The notes beneath the pieces are model-generated. The model made no database searches and had not been told where the DNA came from. It saw nothing but the letters and a program-made list of their open reading frames with translations. A DNA stretch of 64,000 nucleotides, taken from assembly GCF_964204645.1 (NCBI RefSeq), contig NC_134035.1, positions 6,719,101-6,783,100 on the forward strand, given 5' to 3'. Below are positions 15,001 through 27,604 of this stretch, one piece after another. Made by a program: the position numbers and the translations under genes. This stretch comes from Tubulanus polymorphus (taxonomy: Eukaryota; Animalia; Nemertea). The number at the start of each line of letters is the position of its first letter. Within the stretch, counting starts at the first letter, position 1.

Positions 15001-18000
15001 CACGTTACTTCCGTGTTGTTGAAAATCTCGCGAGTCCTGGACTAAACCCCAATGAACAATGTGATCTGTGTGCTGGCCACAAATGCGCACAGATCACACT
15101 ACACTACCCATTACACACTCCAGTACCCACAGCTTTCATATATCCGTCCAAATATTTAGTGGCTTTCTTCCTGGATGCTCGTTTTGGGCAAGCAACGAAG
15201 GGAGAGGCAGATTGTTAAGGGGTAAGGTAGGGGTAAGTCCTCTGCCAAGCCCTTGTGAATCCCATAATTGATGTTCAAAATTGAAGGGCCGTTGTTTTCA
15301 AACTGCGGCCGATGTGTTTGCAGACAGATCGGCCACAAGGGTAATCTCGTTTTCGCCTCCAATTCGAAGCGAAGCCTCACCTGATGAGACCCAAGAGAGT
15401 TCAGAAGGCACAATCACCCCCTCAATCGAAGAGTTGTAACAGAAGGTCACACTCCTGCTGGTCCAAGACAAGTCCTCTCCCGGCTGAAACTCGATCAATG
15501 GCGGCGTGGATCGATTTGAAGGACGCATACTTTCAGGTGCCGATTCATCCCAAATCACGTCGCTACCTCCGGGTCAAGTTAAAGGGTTGCCAGTACCAGT
15601 TCTCGGCCCTTCCTTTTAGTCTAAGCTCGGCGTTAAGCTGGGTGTTCAACAAGCTGGTCAAACCAGTCCAACAATATCTTTAAACAAGGGGTGAAGATTT
15701 TTGTATATCTGGAAGACTGGTTAAGCATGGGCAACTCGGGATGAATGTCAGGTGTCCATAGACTTGGTGCTGGACCTGTTGGCAGTCCGCAAAGCCCTGG
15801 GGTTCTTTCACAGGAGTTTGATAGGCAGACATGGGTGGTTAGCCATCCACCGACAACCAGATGGTCAGGGCCTACCTTCAGAACCAAGGAGGCACCAGAT
15901 CGGTTAAGCTTATTGCACTCACGGTGGAGATTTTCATCTGGTGTCAGGCCCGAGGAATTCACCTTTCTGTTGACACCTGGCGGACAATAGGAATGTTGTT
16001 GCCGATGCCCTTTCCCATCAGGATGCGGCCATTTTAACCCACCCCCGATTCAAGTCTTGTCAGCAGTCCTCGGCCAGATAGAGCTGGCGTTCTCCTCTCT
16101 GATAGTTCTAATTGCGTGTTGCTGGCCAGCTCAGGCTTGGTTCCGTCTTCTCGACCTTCTGTGCGACAATCCCAGGTGCTTGCCGCAATTTCCATCCCTC
16201 CTGTCTCAGAGGGGTTTCCGGAGGCATCAGGCACTAAAAATGGTCAACTTTCACGCCTGGCCATTGTCGAGCGACGCCTGGTGAGTGCAGGGTTTTCAGT
16301 CGTAGCTTCCTCGTTTATCGGTACATCCAAGCGCCCTAGTACAGGCGGGATTTATGACTCCAAGTGGAAGCTCTAGGGTGATTGGTGTAGTCAACGAAGG
16401 ATTGATCCATGCTCTCCCCCTGTAGCCACTCTTGCTGATTTTTTCCTCTTTCTTTTTGAGGTTAAGAGGCAGCCGGTGGTAACCATTAAGGCTTACCAGT
16501 CCGCTATCGGCCATACTTTCAGGGCGACTGGTATCCAGGACTTGACTACTGGTTCCCGTATTTCCACGTTGAATGAGAGAGAAAATCCTCCATTTTGTGA
16601 AATTTCTTGAATTTTTACATTGTCACCATGCCTACGAAATGAAGTTATTTTTCTTGTGGGGTCTCAACAACTAAATCAGGGTGGCGTAGGCATGGTAACA
16701 ATGTTCAAATCCAAGAAATTTGACAAAATGGAGGATTTTCTCTCTCATTCAACTGGACTTAAGGAGTCTTTTTGCCAATCCATCTAATTGGTACAGAACT
16801 GGAAATATATCGGATATTCAGTTGTTGTCCGCGATTTTTGGCATTCTGTTAAGACATAAATGAGGTATGTACCCCAAAAAGTAAGCAAAATATCCAAGAA
16901 AAACAGGTCTCATCAATTAATAAATAGACATTAGTCCTACAGTTTTAATTAGATCAATTCCAAATTTAGTATGAATGTTCTATTGACCAACGCCTATAAA
17001 GTTATAGAGCCATTTTTTTTATTCGTCCCCCAGGGCCGCCCCTGGGGTGGAGTTTCTTTTTCTTCAAATTGCTACTCGTCCTACAGTTTTAGTCAGACCA
17101 ATTCCAAATTTGGTATGAATGTTCTATGGACCTAGGCCTATGAAGTTTCAGAGCCATTTTTTGGATTCATTCACCAGGGGGTGCCCCTTGAGATGGAGTT
17201 TCTATTTCTTCAAATTACTGTAAGTCTACAGTAATTTGAAGTACTACAAATAATTAAGTACTACAGTTTTAATCAGATCCAGTCCAAATTTGGTATGAAA
17301 GTTCTATGGACCAATACCTACAAAGTACCCATCCCTTTTGGGATTTTGCCACATGAGGGCACCCCTAGGTATGCAGCTTCTATTTCTTCAAATCACACAG
17401 CGATGCTATATAAGCCGATATGCTCCTTGTTTGAAGGATGTTTCGGGACACAGAACAGGGAAATTGGGAAAAACTTTCTTCAGTGATTTCTCTCAAAAAT
17501 CACCTTAATCAACCCATCTCCACTTAAATGTTGACTGTAGTATGACGATATATGTTCATTTCAATTTGGGAAAATTGAAAAATCACCCATGAAATATTTG
17601 AGAAAAACTTTGGGGAATTACTAGGTATAGGTCGAGGTCTGAATATTGTAGTGGTAAATTCCAGGATTTAAAATGATCTAATACTACGCCCCGGTGTTTT
17701 AGCTTCAGCGGCCATATATTGGAAGTGGTTTCGTTCCCAAAACTCAATGGCTCAACTCCAGATCAGGCAAAAGTAGATCTGTGGGTCCAACATTTTCACT
17801 GAGAAAAGTATTAATATGCGCAGATCGATAGAAGGAGGCACGTGAAGTAATTTTCAGAAGTCGACAATCGGCAATCAGAACCCTGATGGTCAACCATTTC
17901 TCGGGTCAACATTCGACAATCAGCAATCGCCAATCAGAAACCTGATAGTCGACCATTTCTAAATTCGACAATTGGCAATCAGAAACCTGATAGTCGACCA

Positions 18001-21000
18001 TTTCTATATTCGACAATTGGCAATAAGATTGACTTGAAAACAGGTCGACAATCGGCAATCAGGTTTCTGATTGCCGATTGTCGACGTGAAATCTGGTCGA
18101 CTATCAGGTTTTTGACGGCAATTTGAAACCGAACCACACACCCCATTTAAGGAAACCCTCCATGATGGAACTATATTGACCTATTCTGGAGTTGAACCAA
18201 CTCAATATTCAGCCACCCTCTGATATGTGACATCATATGAATTTTATTTGAATATTTTTTCATATTGTGAACAAATTTTTTTGAAAATATAAAATGGTTT
18301 CCCTGCCGCGCCTTCCTGTACCCTCTGAAGTTTTGGACGTAGACCAAACAAGTGTTTATCTTTGGTCTCATATGAGAAATATGAAATACAATATAAACTT
18401 CTAGAACTTTGAAGTCACAAATTAAAAAGATTTTTCAAGCAATGAATGCCCAAACAACCTCTAGCTTTCAAGGTATACTACACATTGCCCATGGGCAATT
18501 AATTCTTTTTGGAAACCGTTTTATTTGTAGTTTTAGCCTGCACACATTTTGTGGGAGCCTTACCTGCCGCCTGGTGCTTGGCTAATCCTTCTAAAATGTA
18601 AATGCCCCATGTAACATATCCTGAAGGAAATATAATTTTCTGGAGTAAAATTTGTATTTCTGACGGATACCTACGTGGGGCACAGGATATTCCCGCCCCC
18701 TTCCCCACTAGGCACTGAGTTTCGGAAGAAATTGAGTTGTGTGGCTCGTGGCATCGCCACCGTACGGTACCAGGTATTCCAAAAAATGTTAAGCGGTATA
18801 TTTCCAAAACTAAGGTAACTTCTTAAAATGTGCCCCATGTAAGTATCCCTCAGAACAAATTTTACAAAACATACAAATTTTACTCCGGAAAATTATGATT
18901 GCTTTCGTGTAATCGCAATCTACTTGCCACAGCGCTGATTGCTTCGGATTATTGTATTGCTCGTAAAAGAATACTGGCAACCATATGATGATGTCCCATC
19001 GTTTCTTAAGTTTGAAATTTATTTACAAGGGTCTGCGGCAAACAGAATCTACTATACATAGATGTCAGTTGTTATCTCTGAAATGCTTTCATCCATTTTT
19101 AAGGTATGGAACACAGCGGTGGTGAATGGCAGACAACTGATATTCTGGTGAAAATAAGAGAAACCCACGATGAACCGAAACTCATCTTCCAGCAGGGTGT
19201 CATCAGGAGCGTCAACGTAAGACCCCCCACCTTCCTCCGTAAATTTCCATTAATCCTGACATTGCTTGATGAATAAAATCTAGCATAGTAAAATCTAGCA
19301 CTATGATAATTTCAAACATTTTTAGCCCACTTGAACAAATTTTATTTTCCCCTCAAACATAATTCTCTTATAATGTACATTGACATCACTCAATGGCGAG
19401 CTGCCAACGTTACTGTGGCAATTGAGTAATCCACTTATGGCAAATGAGGATCCACAAGGTGTCGCTAGTAGTTACTCTGTCTTCCACATTCAATTTCTTC
19501 TACATTTCAGTTAAAGTTGAATGGACTTTTCTCTTGAACAATTTAATCATTAATGAAAATTATACCAATTGCAGGGTAAAAAATGCATTTAAAGCATATT
19601 TGCTGGTTCATGTGATAACATATGGATTTGGGAGTCTAAAAATACAGTATAAGTTGATTGAAAATGAACCAATTTTGACTACGTAAGACTGAGTGCTTGT
19701 CACGCCATCTGGCGGGATAACTGGTGTTGCTGCTCCCAATTGTAACTTCATATTTACTGTGGTATATTTATTTCACAGGGTGGCATGTGTTCATTATATC
19801 TAGCTGAGGAGTCACGGGTTGTCAATGTGGCTTCAGAGCATCTTGAACCTGTTCGACCGAGAGCTGGAGATAAGGTATGTTATACAGATACCAGGAGGCC
19901 TAGCAATGTGAAGCCTCCTCACCACCAGATGCTCTATCAACTTTGCATATATTGATCGTCCAAACTTCACTGTTAAAGCATCGGGAAAGCGCTCATGGAA
20001 AGACAAACCTACAGTTCATTGTGTCCAATGTTTGAACCATCCTTTCATCGATGGTTCTAATCGCCTCACATACTGAAGATGCCAAGTATAAAGAGTCTAC
20101 AGTCTAACTGTTAGTGATACTAACTACCTGCATACCTGACCATGTATTGTGGACATTTCAAAACGACACTTTCAAAAAGTAAATGTTCCACAACAATGGT
20201 GTCTGGTTCCAGGCTATGTTAGTACATTAACCCATATAAGCATACATAGATTGTGGACAATAACACATATTTCCTTCGAGTACTGTACCCTTTCCTAAGG
20301 TTTTTGCCAATATTTTCTAAATTAGGATTGATTGCCAATGGTTTTTCTATACGACCCGGCCCTTTTTTTCTTTTTTCAACTTTTTTCTCGGCGTTCATGC
20401 ATTCAGAACACGTTTTTGATTTTTCGCCAAAATTTACAAGGGATTAGGAAGTTTTGGGAGTTTTCACTTTCGTTCCGGTGAGTCCGTGAAAGGCTATCCC
20501 TTGTTTCCTTTTATCGAAATAAGCTAATTGAATTGAATTGAATTTAGTATTGATTGATTAATTGAATGAATAATGCCGCCCCTCCTTAAGGTTAGCATCG
20601 TGGCGGGGAGGGATGTGGTCATTTATACGTAGCCTGGGACAACCACATTTTGTGTGAGTCATGTAGGCGTAAATCGGGGCAAATTTGCTCCAGGGTTAAT
20701 CCTTGCAAGATTTGTGAGGGTTGGTACAAGAACCTTTGGATTTGGGTCGATAATTCTCGGAAACTCAAAGATTGTTGTCACGTTAATAGTAGAGATCCGT
20801 TGGTTTCGGCCAACGTGCCCACCGACATCTCTTATTCTATTTCAAATCGTTAAGCGCAGCGGACGCTGGCTATACTTGCACGGTTGGCTTCCCAACTCCG
20901 TTCACTGGGGAGGATCATTAGTTCTCCGGCACCGGTCGCGGGTCAATCACCAGTCACTAGCAGATCACCGGTTCGGCCGGTTCAGACACTTGGTTCTGGA

Positions 21001-24000
21001 CCGAGCGCACGCCATCGTAGTCAAGATACTGGCACAAGCCACCCGCCACCGGTCCAGTCGGTATCCCAGGTCCAGACGCCGTGATCGAAGTAAACGTGCA
21101 AGGTCTAGTAGATCATGGATAGATCGCGAGAGGGATTACGATTGTTATTGCAGAAAGTTTCGCCATCAGTTGCCTCATCGTTCATGGACATTGGTTAGCG
21201 AAGAAGGCAATACATTTAGCAGGTCTCGATCCCGTTCGAGGGACCGTCACCGAAGTCTTCGTGATCATCGGGATAGGGGAAAATTCCTGACTCTGAAGGA
21301 TTTCCAGAAAATTTTAAATTTGTTATCGTCTTCGCAACAAGTCGTTACTACAACTTCTACAACAGGTAAGCCTATTCCTGATTGTCCAGTTAGAAGTTCG
21401 CCAGCCCACTCAGTTATTCAGAATTCTGACTCTGAATTCCTGGATGCTGGGGTAGGATATGATTTTAATGAGGATCTGGTCCCAGAAGCGGCAATTCCTT
21501 CTGGTGTCGTTCCTGCCGCAAGCAATTTTGGGTTGCCCTATACAACAGGGTCTTCCCTGTCTCGCAACGTATGTCCGTCCCGTTCGGTTTTATCTGACTT
21601 GCCATTTAGAGCAATGATTAGTTAGTTTTTTGTCTAACACAGGGCAACTCGCGCTAAACCCACAGCAGCTCCTTTGTTCGGTGAGTCAATGGAAGCTTAT
21701 CGCCCGCCGGACTCTGATCTTAATGTTATACGCGAATAGTCAGCGGTTTCAAGAAAATGGGCTCGATTAGATATGCAATTATGGGGTGAATGTCGCTGCC
21801 TGGATGCTGATTATACTTTAATCAGCCCGGATACTGGTTCAGCACAGTCGGGTATTTGTTTGCCCAAGTCCGGTTTGGTGGCCATGACGTCAATCCTGGA
21901 CAATCTTACCGGGGTTGGTTCATTTCAGGATATTGCTCTTAAGGTGTTGACGGGTGAGCTTCGCAAAACTCTCGGGCTCCGCAGGAACATGCGGGCTCCG
22001 ACCCAGAGTCAGTTGCCCTAAAACTAAAAGGAATGGACCAGATTATCCAATCTTTGGCTTGATCTGTTTCACATGTCATTTCACAGCCTCGGTTCAGGGT
22101 CAGGCTAATCTTATGTTTGTCTCCCGTCAGTCAGTTATGGACTCCAGTTCCAAAGCTTGTCTACCAGATATGGTGTCCAATTCATTGCTGAGAGCTCCAT
22201 TGGGGACATCTTTGCGTCTCTTCTCCGGTTAGTGGGCTCCTGTTTCTGCTGAGCTGAGGAAGATTCAGGAGATCCAGACCAAGTCCACCGCCCGAACTCC
22301 ATGGAAAAAGTGTTCTGGTCCGGCGCCATCGGCGCATTGTTTGGCACTGGCTCAAACAGGACCAACTCTTACTTCGGCGCTTTCTCAGGCGTCTACAGAT
22401 GCCGGTTGGAGAACTAACGCACAGCTCCAACAATCGCTCAAGCCTCGTCCAGTCATAACAGTCCAATTCGTATCGGGGCAAGGGGAAGTCTCCGAAAAGG
22501 GGTTCTTCCTTTCAGAAAAACGCGAAATGAATTCCCGGGACCAGTGGGAGGTTGTCTGCAACAGCCACCCACTGGTCCGACCTTTTCGGAGACAGTTGGT
22601 CCTCCCGGGTCGTCTCACGTGCTACTGTCTCCGTTTCCGCGCCTGACGAGGTCACCTCCCGACATGCGACCAAAACCAGGTCAGGAGGCCTTAAGTTCTC
22701 CCGCTCTCAAGGAATTGGCCGAGAAGGGAGCGATAGAACCAGTTTGCAAAACATCTGGCTGGTTTCTCGAATATTCATGGTACCAAGGGCCACAGGGGGT
22801 CAACGGACGGTGATAGATCTGTCATCCCTCAATCGGCACGGGGGGTCAACGGACGGTGATAGATCTGTCATCCCTCAATCGGCACCGAGACATTCCAAGG
22901 TTCTGGATGACCAAACTCAGGGACGTGATTCAAGGGCTCAGTCAGGGTCAATGGGCAGCTTCATTGGATCTGAAAAATGCTTATTTTCATATAGTTGAAA
23001 GGTTGTCAGTTCCAGTTCAGGTCTCTTCCTTTTGGCCTCATTACGGCCCCATGGGTTTTCACCAAATTGGTCAATTCGGTTCAGAAGGTACTTCAGTCCA
23101 GGAGTCTTCGACTGTTCGTTTACCTCGACGACTGGTTAATAGTCGCGAACTCGGCTAAAGAATCAGTTGCCACTTCTCCGGATTTCTCCGGAATTCCGGA
23201 TTTAAAAAAAATCCAATTTCATTTCCGGATTATCGGGAGAAGTCAAATAATCACAAAAGAAAACATCGCGAAAAAAATAAAATCAATTCGGGATTCGACC
23301 CTAAACATCAAAACGTAGTGGCAACAACCCTGCAGTACACCATTAAACCAAGATGACGCGACGATCGAAATCAATTGACGCTTCGTTTGTTTTTTGGCTC
23401 TCTGGTTTATGTATGAGGTGTATTTGACGGAACCAATCGCTATTTGAAAAAAAGATCTATAGGCGTTAATGAAAGTGAGGCCTATAACGCGTATTGCGCC
23501 CGAACGCATCTCCTGGCGTTCTAATTTCAAAAAATATTTTAGGGGAGGGCCCCCAGACCCCCGACTTATTTTCCGGATTTTTAGCTTCACATAAGTGGCA
23601 ACTCTGAAGAATGTCGGAAGGCAATGTACTCAGTCTTTGACTTAGTCCATCAGCTAAGGTTCTGCGTAAACGGAAAAATCTCAGTTGACGCCGGCCCAAC
23701 AGTTCACTTATCTCGGCATCGACTTCAATCTTTGAATCAGCAAAGTCTTTCCGTGCATGGCTCAAGTAGCCAAACTTCAAGAAGCTGTAGCGGGAGTTTC
23801 CACAACGCCGAGAACAGCTCGTTACTGGTCTCAGCTTCTAGGCTCAATCAGCTCCATGGGTCTGGTGGTGCACTTTGGCCGCCTCAGAAGCAGGCGCTTG
23901 CAACAATATTGGGAGGTCCTCTGGTCTCAGTTGAAGGGCAACTGGAAGACCTTGATTCCCATACCTCGAACCAATCTAAGTCCAGATCTTCATTGGTGGG

Positions 24001-26693
24001 CGACAAAAACGAATCTTCGTCGCGGGGTGTCTCCAGTTCGTGTATTCACGCATGCCAGTCACCAAGGGTGGGGCGCATCTGAAGAAAGCCGGCAGGTGAT
24101 CTTGCTACAGCGCCACCAACCACATACATTTCCTAGTACTGCTGGCCTTGTGGAAGGCCCTGAAGTTCTTTTACAGTAGAGTGGAGGGCCACCCACATTT
24201 GGTTAGCCACGGACAATTCAACAGTGAGGGCTAACCTTCAGAATCAAGGGGGCACTCACTCAGAAACCCTCACAGATCTGTCAGCCAAAATTCTTCTTTG
24301 GTGCCAGGCATAGGGCGTTTCCCTGACTGTAGCACATTTAGCAGGGAAAAGGAACGTGATGGCCGATGCTCTTTCTCGTCGAGGTCAGGTTATTGCGACA
24401 GAATGTTCTCCACCAAGAAGTAGCCAATCGGGTTCAAGACATGTTCGGCAATCCGCTGCTGGCAGGATCTGCTTGCCACCCAGTTCAATCGGAGGTGTTC
24501 ACTGTTTGTTTCCCTGTTTCTGGACGTGGAAGCGTCGGGGTAGATGCCTTCTCTCTCGACTGGTTGGGGATGCATGCGTATGCGTTTCCGCCCCCACCAG
24601 TCCTCCCGCACTTGCTGGATCAACTAGATAGATCAGTCTATTGCAACATAGTTCTGGTATCACCATGTTGGCTGGCTCAGAAATGGTTCCTACCACTTCT
24701 CAACCTACTGTGTGACAACCCCAGGATTCTTCTGAATTTCCCATTGCTTCTGTCTCAGGGAAACTTTTGGCATCATCTGACCAGGCAGTGGTTAAATCTG
24801 CCAGCCTGGCCATTGTCCAGCAATCCTTGTCAGCTTCAGGCTTCTCAGAACAGGCTGCATCTTTATCGCATGATCTAAGCGGCCATCGACAAGTACCATT
24901 TACGATGCCAAATGGGGTCATTTTGCAGATTGGTGTGCTACAGGGGAAATTGATCCATGCTCACCCTCTGTAGCTTAATTGGCAGTTTTTTTACTCCATG
25001 TATTTGTCGTAAAAGGTCTGCAGGTTCCGCTCCACGATTTCCCATACATTGCGTTCTTCTGGTCGGCCAAACATAACAGCTGATCATCGGATATCCCAGC
25101 TTGTTGCAGGGTTTTCTGTTTCCCAGCCTCGGGTACCAAGAATAGTTTCACCATGGGATCTGTCAGTAGTTTTGTAGAAGTAAATGGAGGCTCCATTTGA
25201 ACCTCTTTCGGCAGGGTCATTTGCGAATTTGTCAAAAAGACTGTATTCTTGCTGTTCTTGACTTGCTCGGCCCATCATTCTGTAATTCATGCACTTTCAG
25301 TTCGACAAGGTCATATTGTTTTCGGGCCAATAGCAAAGGAATTTGTTTCGCTGTGGCCTGCTTTGGAGTTTTTAGCAAAGAACGAACGGCCAGGCTCAGT
25401 CAGTCGTCAATGGGGAATTGAAGCCCTAAAATATCGAGTTGAAGTGAATATTCCGGACAGGACATTATGTCCTGAACAGGCTTTGTGTTTCTATTTAGAT
25501 CACTCTGCTCCACGAAGGGGTTTGTAGGTGCGGTTATTTATTCCGCTGCTGGATCACCTGGAGGGTGATATTTCTCGGAACACTGAGGCCCGATGGGTCT
25601 CTTCACTGATCAAGGACATTTTATTGAAGAATCTTTCCTCGGAGGGAGTTGTTTCTCATCAAGTGAGGTCTATGGCTACTTCCTGTGCAGCCTTTTCAGG
25701 TGCTCCGTTGGAAGAAGTCTGTCAGGCCGCCTTTTGGAATTCTCCATCGACATTCATGTCCTTTTATTTACGGGATTTCTCAGGCCAGCTAGGCTCATTA
25801 GCATCGCTCGGTCCTGTTGCTATTGCGTAAGGTGTCCTTTATTTTGGATCGGACTCTTTGGCGTGGAATTTTAATGCTTGCATTATCAGGATCACGGGGG
25901 TGTATCCATGTACATAGTTTGAGCTCATGTTCGCAAGTATTCATTTTGCAAAATTCGGAGGGGGCCCTGAGCTGGACGGACTCACTGTGGCCAACCGGTC
26001 TTCCTTGTGCTACAGTGCTCCATTCCGTGCTTGGGTAAGTGCTCTCTTTTTTCCCTCTTACCTTGCTTTTGAGCCGTTGTTTTTCTATCTACCTTTCCCA
26101 CCATCCTTGTGCTAGGCTAGTCAAGCAAAAACCATTGGAAAGGGTACAGTACTCGACGGAAATGTTACAATTTTTGGAACAAAAATTTGTATTTCCGAGT
26201 AGTACTTGCCCTTTCCTATGATGGTAATCCAGCCCACATGCCCAGCATAGCTGCATTTTTGGGTCTGTTATGGCGCATAAAGATGGGGAATTTTGCCAGT
26301 GGCTAAATGCAATACCGCAGGGACGGTTCGTATAGAATAACCATTGGTGATCAATCCAAATTTAGAAAATATTGGCAAAAGCAATAGGAAAGGGTAAGTA
26401 CTACTCGGAAACACAAATGTTAGTTCCAAAAATTTTAATATTTTAGCACTTCTTATTTTGTAATTCATGATTCTAGATGATAAGTATATTCACAATATTT
26501 CACTCGATATGAATTCATCTTATTACAAACGTCTGGTTTTCTTTCGCAGGTGAAAGTTTTGTTCGGCGAAGAACGTGAATCTACTGGTAATCTGTTGAGC
26601 ATAGATGGAGCTGAGGGTGTCGTGAAAACCGATCAGGGCAATTTGAAATTGCTGAACTTGAAGAATCTTTGCAAAGTGCCGAACGAAAAGTGA
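38..26693 (+). CDS. SUPT5H: Transcription elongation factor SPT5 (DSIF subunit), 23 coding exons in window, 5' end upstream of window
   Basis: GT-AG exons join in frame: 38-256, 3206-3296, 3825-3963, 4150-4378, 4687-4821, 4900-5112, 5479-5543, 6287-6392, 6465-6540, 6945-7102, 7520-7675, 7761-7858, 7955-8024, 8285-8410, 8547-8672, 9866-10046, 10510-10615, 10861-11094, 11349-11548, 11632-11781, 19104-19216, 19779-19874, 26550-26693 (TGA). The product has an acidic N-terminus, NGN domain ([15 protein letters not shown]...[19 protein letters not shown]), KOW domains ([16 protein letters not shown]; [22 protein letters not shown]), CTR repeats ([27 protein letters not shown]) and C-terminal KOWs. 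Confidence 0.97.
604..2209. mobile_element. piggyBac-like MITE (copy 1), interrupted by a nested ~1.1 kb repeat
   Basis: Ends CCCATTAGCA...GTGCTAATGGG with degenerate TTAA flanks (CTAA/TTGA). The body matches 5743-6226 in the opposite orientation. Confidence 0.75.
676..1795. mobile_element. Helentron-associated (HINE/DINE-1-like) non-autonomous element with ~154 bp internal tandem repeats
   Basis: Begins TTTTAGCC in a T-run, then a GTCC-type microsatellite (gtccgtcatccgtctg...ccgtccgtctg), and three ~154 bp repeats at about 1300-1740. It sits inside the piggyBac-like MITE. Confidence 0.55.
2238..2859. mobile_element. Tc1/mariner/pogo-type MITE
   Basis: TIR CCGTATTTTCCGGCCAATAAGCCG / CGGCTTATTGGCCGGAAAATACGG flanked by TA on both sides. 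Confidence 0.85.
5743..6226. mobile_element. piggyBac-like MITE (copy 2)
   Basis: TTAA-CCCATTAGCACTCA...TGAGTGCTAATGGG-TTAA. Confidence 0.85.
6541..6944 (+). other. U12-type (minor spliceosome) GT-AG intron of SPT5
   Basis: 5' splice site GTATCCTTT at 6541, branch site TTCCTTAAC at 6919-6927, AG at 6943-6944 with no polypyrimidine tract. Removing it restores EGIDVE-L-VPESK in frame. Confidence 0.9.
8734..9299. mobile_element. TTAA-specific (piggyBac-like) MITE, second family
   Basis: TTAA-CATGTTCGCTGCC...GGCAGCGAACGTG-TTAA. Confidence 0.8.
14502..15170. mobile_element. ~670 bp dispersed repeat flanked by CTGG direct repeats (copy 1, inside DIRS A)
   Basis: Closely similar to 56728-57385; both copies are bounded by CTGG on each side. 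Confidence 0.8.
16568..16753. repeat. Fold-back (palindromic) MITE
   Basis: GTTGAATGAGAGAGAAAATCCTCCATTTTG...CCATGCCTACG and CGTAGGCATGG...CAAAATGGAGGATTTTCTCTCTCATTCAAC are inverted arms. Confidence 0.8.
16925..17400. repeat. Degenerate ~150-190 bp tandem repeat (HINE-like internal array)
   Basis: CTACAGTTTTA(A/G)TCAGA..AATTCCAAATTTGGTATGAATGTTCTATGGACC recurs three times. Confidence 0.7.
17749..18198. mobile_element. Merlin-like MITE (GG termini, 8 bp TSD), copy 1
   Basis: TIR GGCTCAACTCCAGA / TCTGGAGTTGAACC, perfect 8 bp duplication AACTCAAT on both sides, internal CGACAATCGGCAATCAGAAACCTG repeats. Confidence 0.75.
22700..24390 (+). pseudogene. DIRS B reverse transcriptase / RNase H, frameshifted and interrupted by a MITE
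   Basis: Fragments 22856-23158, 22995-23163, 23613-23750 and 23757-24179. VANSAKE|CRKAMYSV is restored when 23164-23612 is removed. Confidence 0.85.
23164..23606. mobile_element. MITE with 6 bp TSD inserted in DIRS B RT
   Basis: CAGTTGCCACTT...AAGTGGCAACTCTG flanked by AAGAAT on both sides. Confidence 0.8.
24366..24878 (+). pseudogene. DIRS B N6-adenine DNA methyltransferase-like domain
   Basis: [21 protein letters not shown]...[14 protein letters not shown], the usual DIRS pol C-terminal domain. Confidence 0.75.
24790..25830 (+). pseudogene. DIRS B tyrosine recombinase, broken
   Basis: Fragments 25249-25527 and 25528-25830 carry the HxxR and W...Y catalytic boxes. Confidence 0.85.
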
Positions 26694-27598
26694 TGGATAC
26701 AAATATGAAAACTTTCCTGCATTGATTGCCATGTCCGCTATTTACAATAGTTGATTTGTAAGTCACGCTTATTGCGGTTTAACTTTGTAAGAATTTTTAA
26801 ACGGCTCATTCACTACATCTGGCTTATTGTACAGTCAAACCCACTCATGTTGTCATACATTGGATATTGAACTAGGAAACCACAAATAGGGACTGAAAAA
26901 TGGTGACAACTTGAATAATGTGACGACTTATGCAATGTCAACTTAACATAGTTTGACTGTATAAAAAACCATTTTCAGAGGTGTCACCTGTTGCCAATTT
27001 CATATGTTTGGTATGAACATGAATGAAAGGTGTTACTAAGCCTAGGGTCATCCATTTGGTGAATGGTAGATGTGAATGAGATGTTACTGCGAAACATTTT
27101 GCCTTGCTACTGATAAAACCTGTGGAAAACAATAGACATCGTTAATGGTTTTGCTCTGCACATGTAGCCTCTAAGGTCCATTAATTGCTCTGTTGGCTCT
27201 GTCATTTTTAACCAAACCATTTTGGCTTCTTTGGCAAGGTATTTTTTGATATTTTGTAAAAATGGTAATATTTGTTTCCGTAATTATTGCATTTGTGTAT
27301 ATGTATAGTAGATAATAGATTATGATAACGAGTCGGTTCCATTTATCTGAGTGAGTTAAAAATTTCAAAAAAGTCATATTTCAACTGAAGAGCTTCAGAA
27401 AATCCGAAAGAATTTCCTCTGCATTATCTCAGTTCTTAGTACATGAGAAAAAGGCTTGTTAGAAATTCTCGAGTTGTCAGATTAAGAATTGGTAGCAATC
27501 GATCTTAAAGTCAGTGTGTATAACAGAACAGTGTCAATCATGTGTATTTGTATAGATAGTGAAGAGAAGCGCTACATCATAAATGATTCAATATTATT

Positions 27599-27604
27599 AA
27601 TAAA
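27599..27604 (+). terminator. Candidate polyadenylation signal of SPT5
   Basis: AATAAA about 0.9 kb downstream of the stop codon, just before repeat-derived sequence begins. Confidence 0.45.

Larger units (their letters stand above)
11985..18896 (+). mobile_element. Decayed DIRS1-type tyrosine-recombinase retrotransposon A in an SPT5 intron
   Basis: Left ITR ~11985-12118 is the reverse complement of ~18724-18855. The internal complementary region at ~18601-18684 joins the complements of both ends. RT fragment [17 protein letters not shown]...YQFSALPF (15384-15683), RNase H remnant NVVADALS (~15990-16020), methyltransferase-like tail (16057-16284) and YR N-terminal remnant (~16280-16560). Many stops and nested MITEs. 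Confidence 0.9.
20269..26443 (+). mobile_element. Decayed full-length DIRS1-type retrotransposon B in the last SPT5 intron
   Basis: Left ITR ~20269-20362 is inverted against ~26320-26410, and the ICR is at ~26137-26219. Gag-like Cys finger (CESCRRK...[13 protein letters not shown], 20650), RT ([12 protein letters not shown]; FRSLPFGL; YLDDWL), RNase H ([10 protein letters not shown]; NVMADALSR), adenine-methyltransferase-like domain (DAFSLDW...YAFPPP) and tyrosine recombinase ([11 protein letters not shown]; HQVRSMATS...W.S.STFMSFY). Confidence 0.93.
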
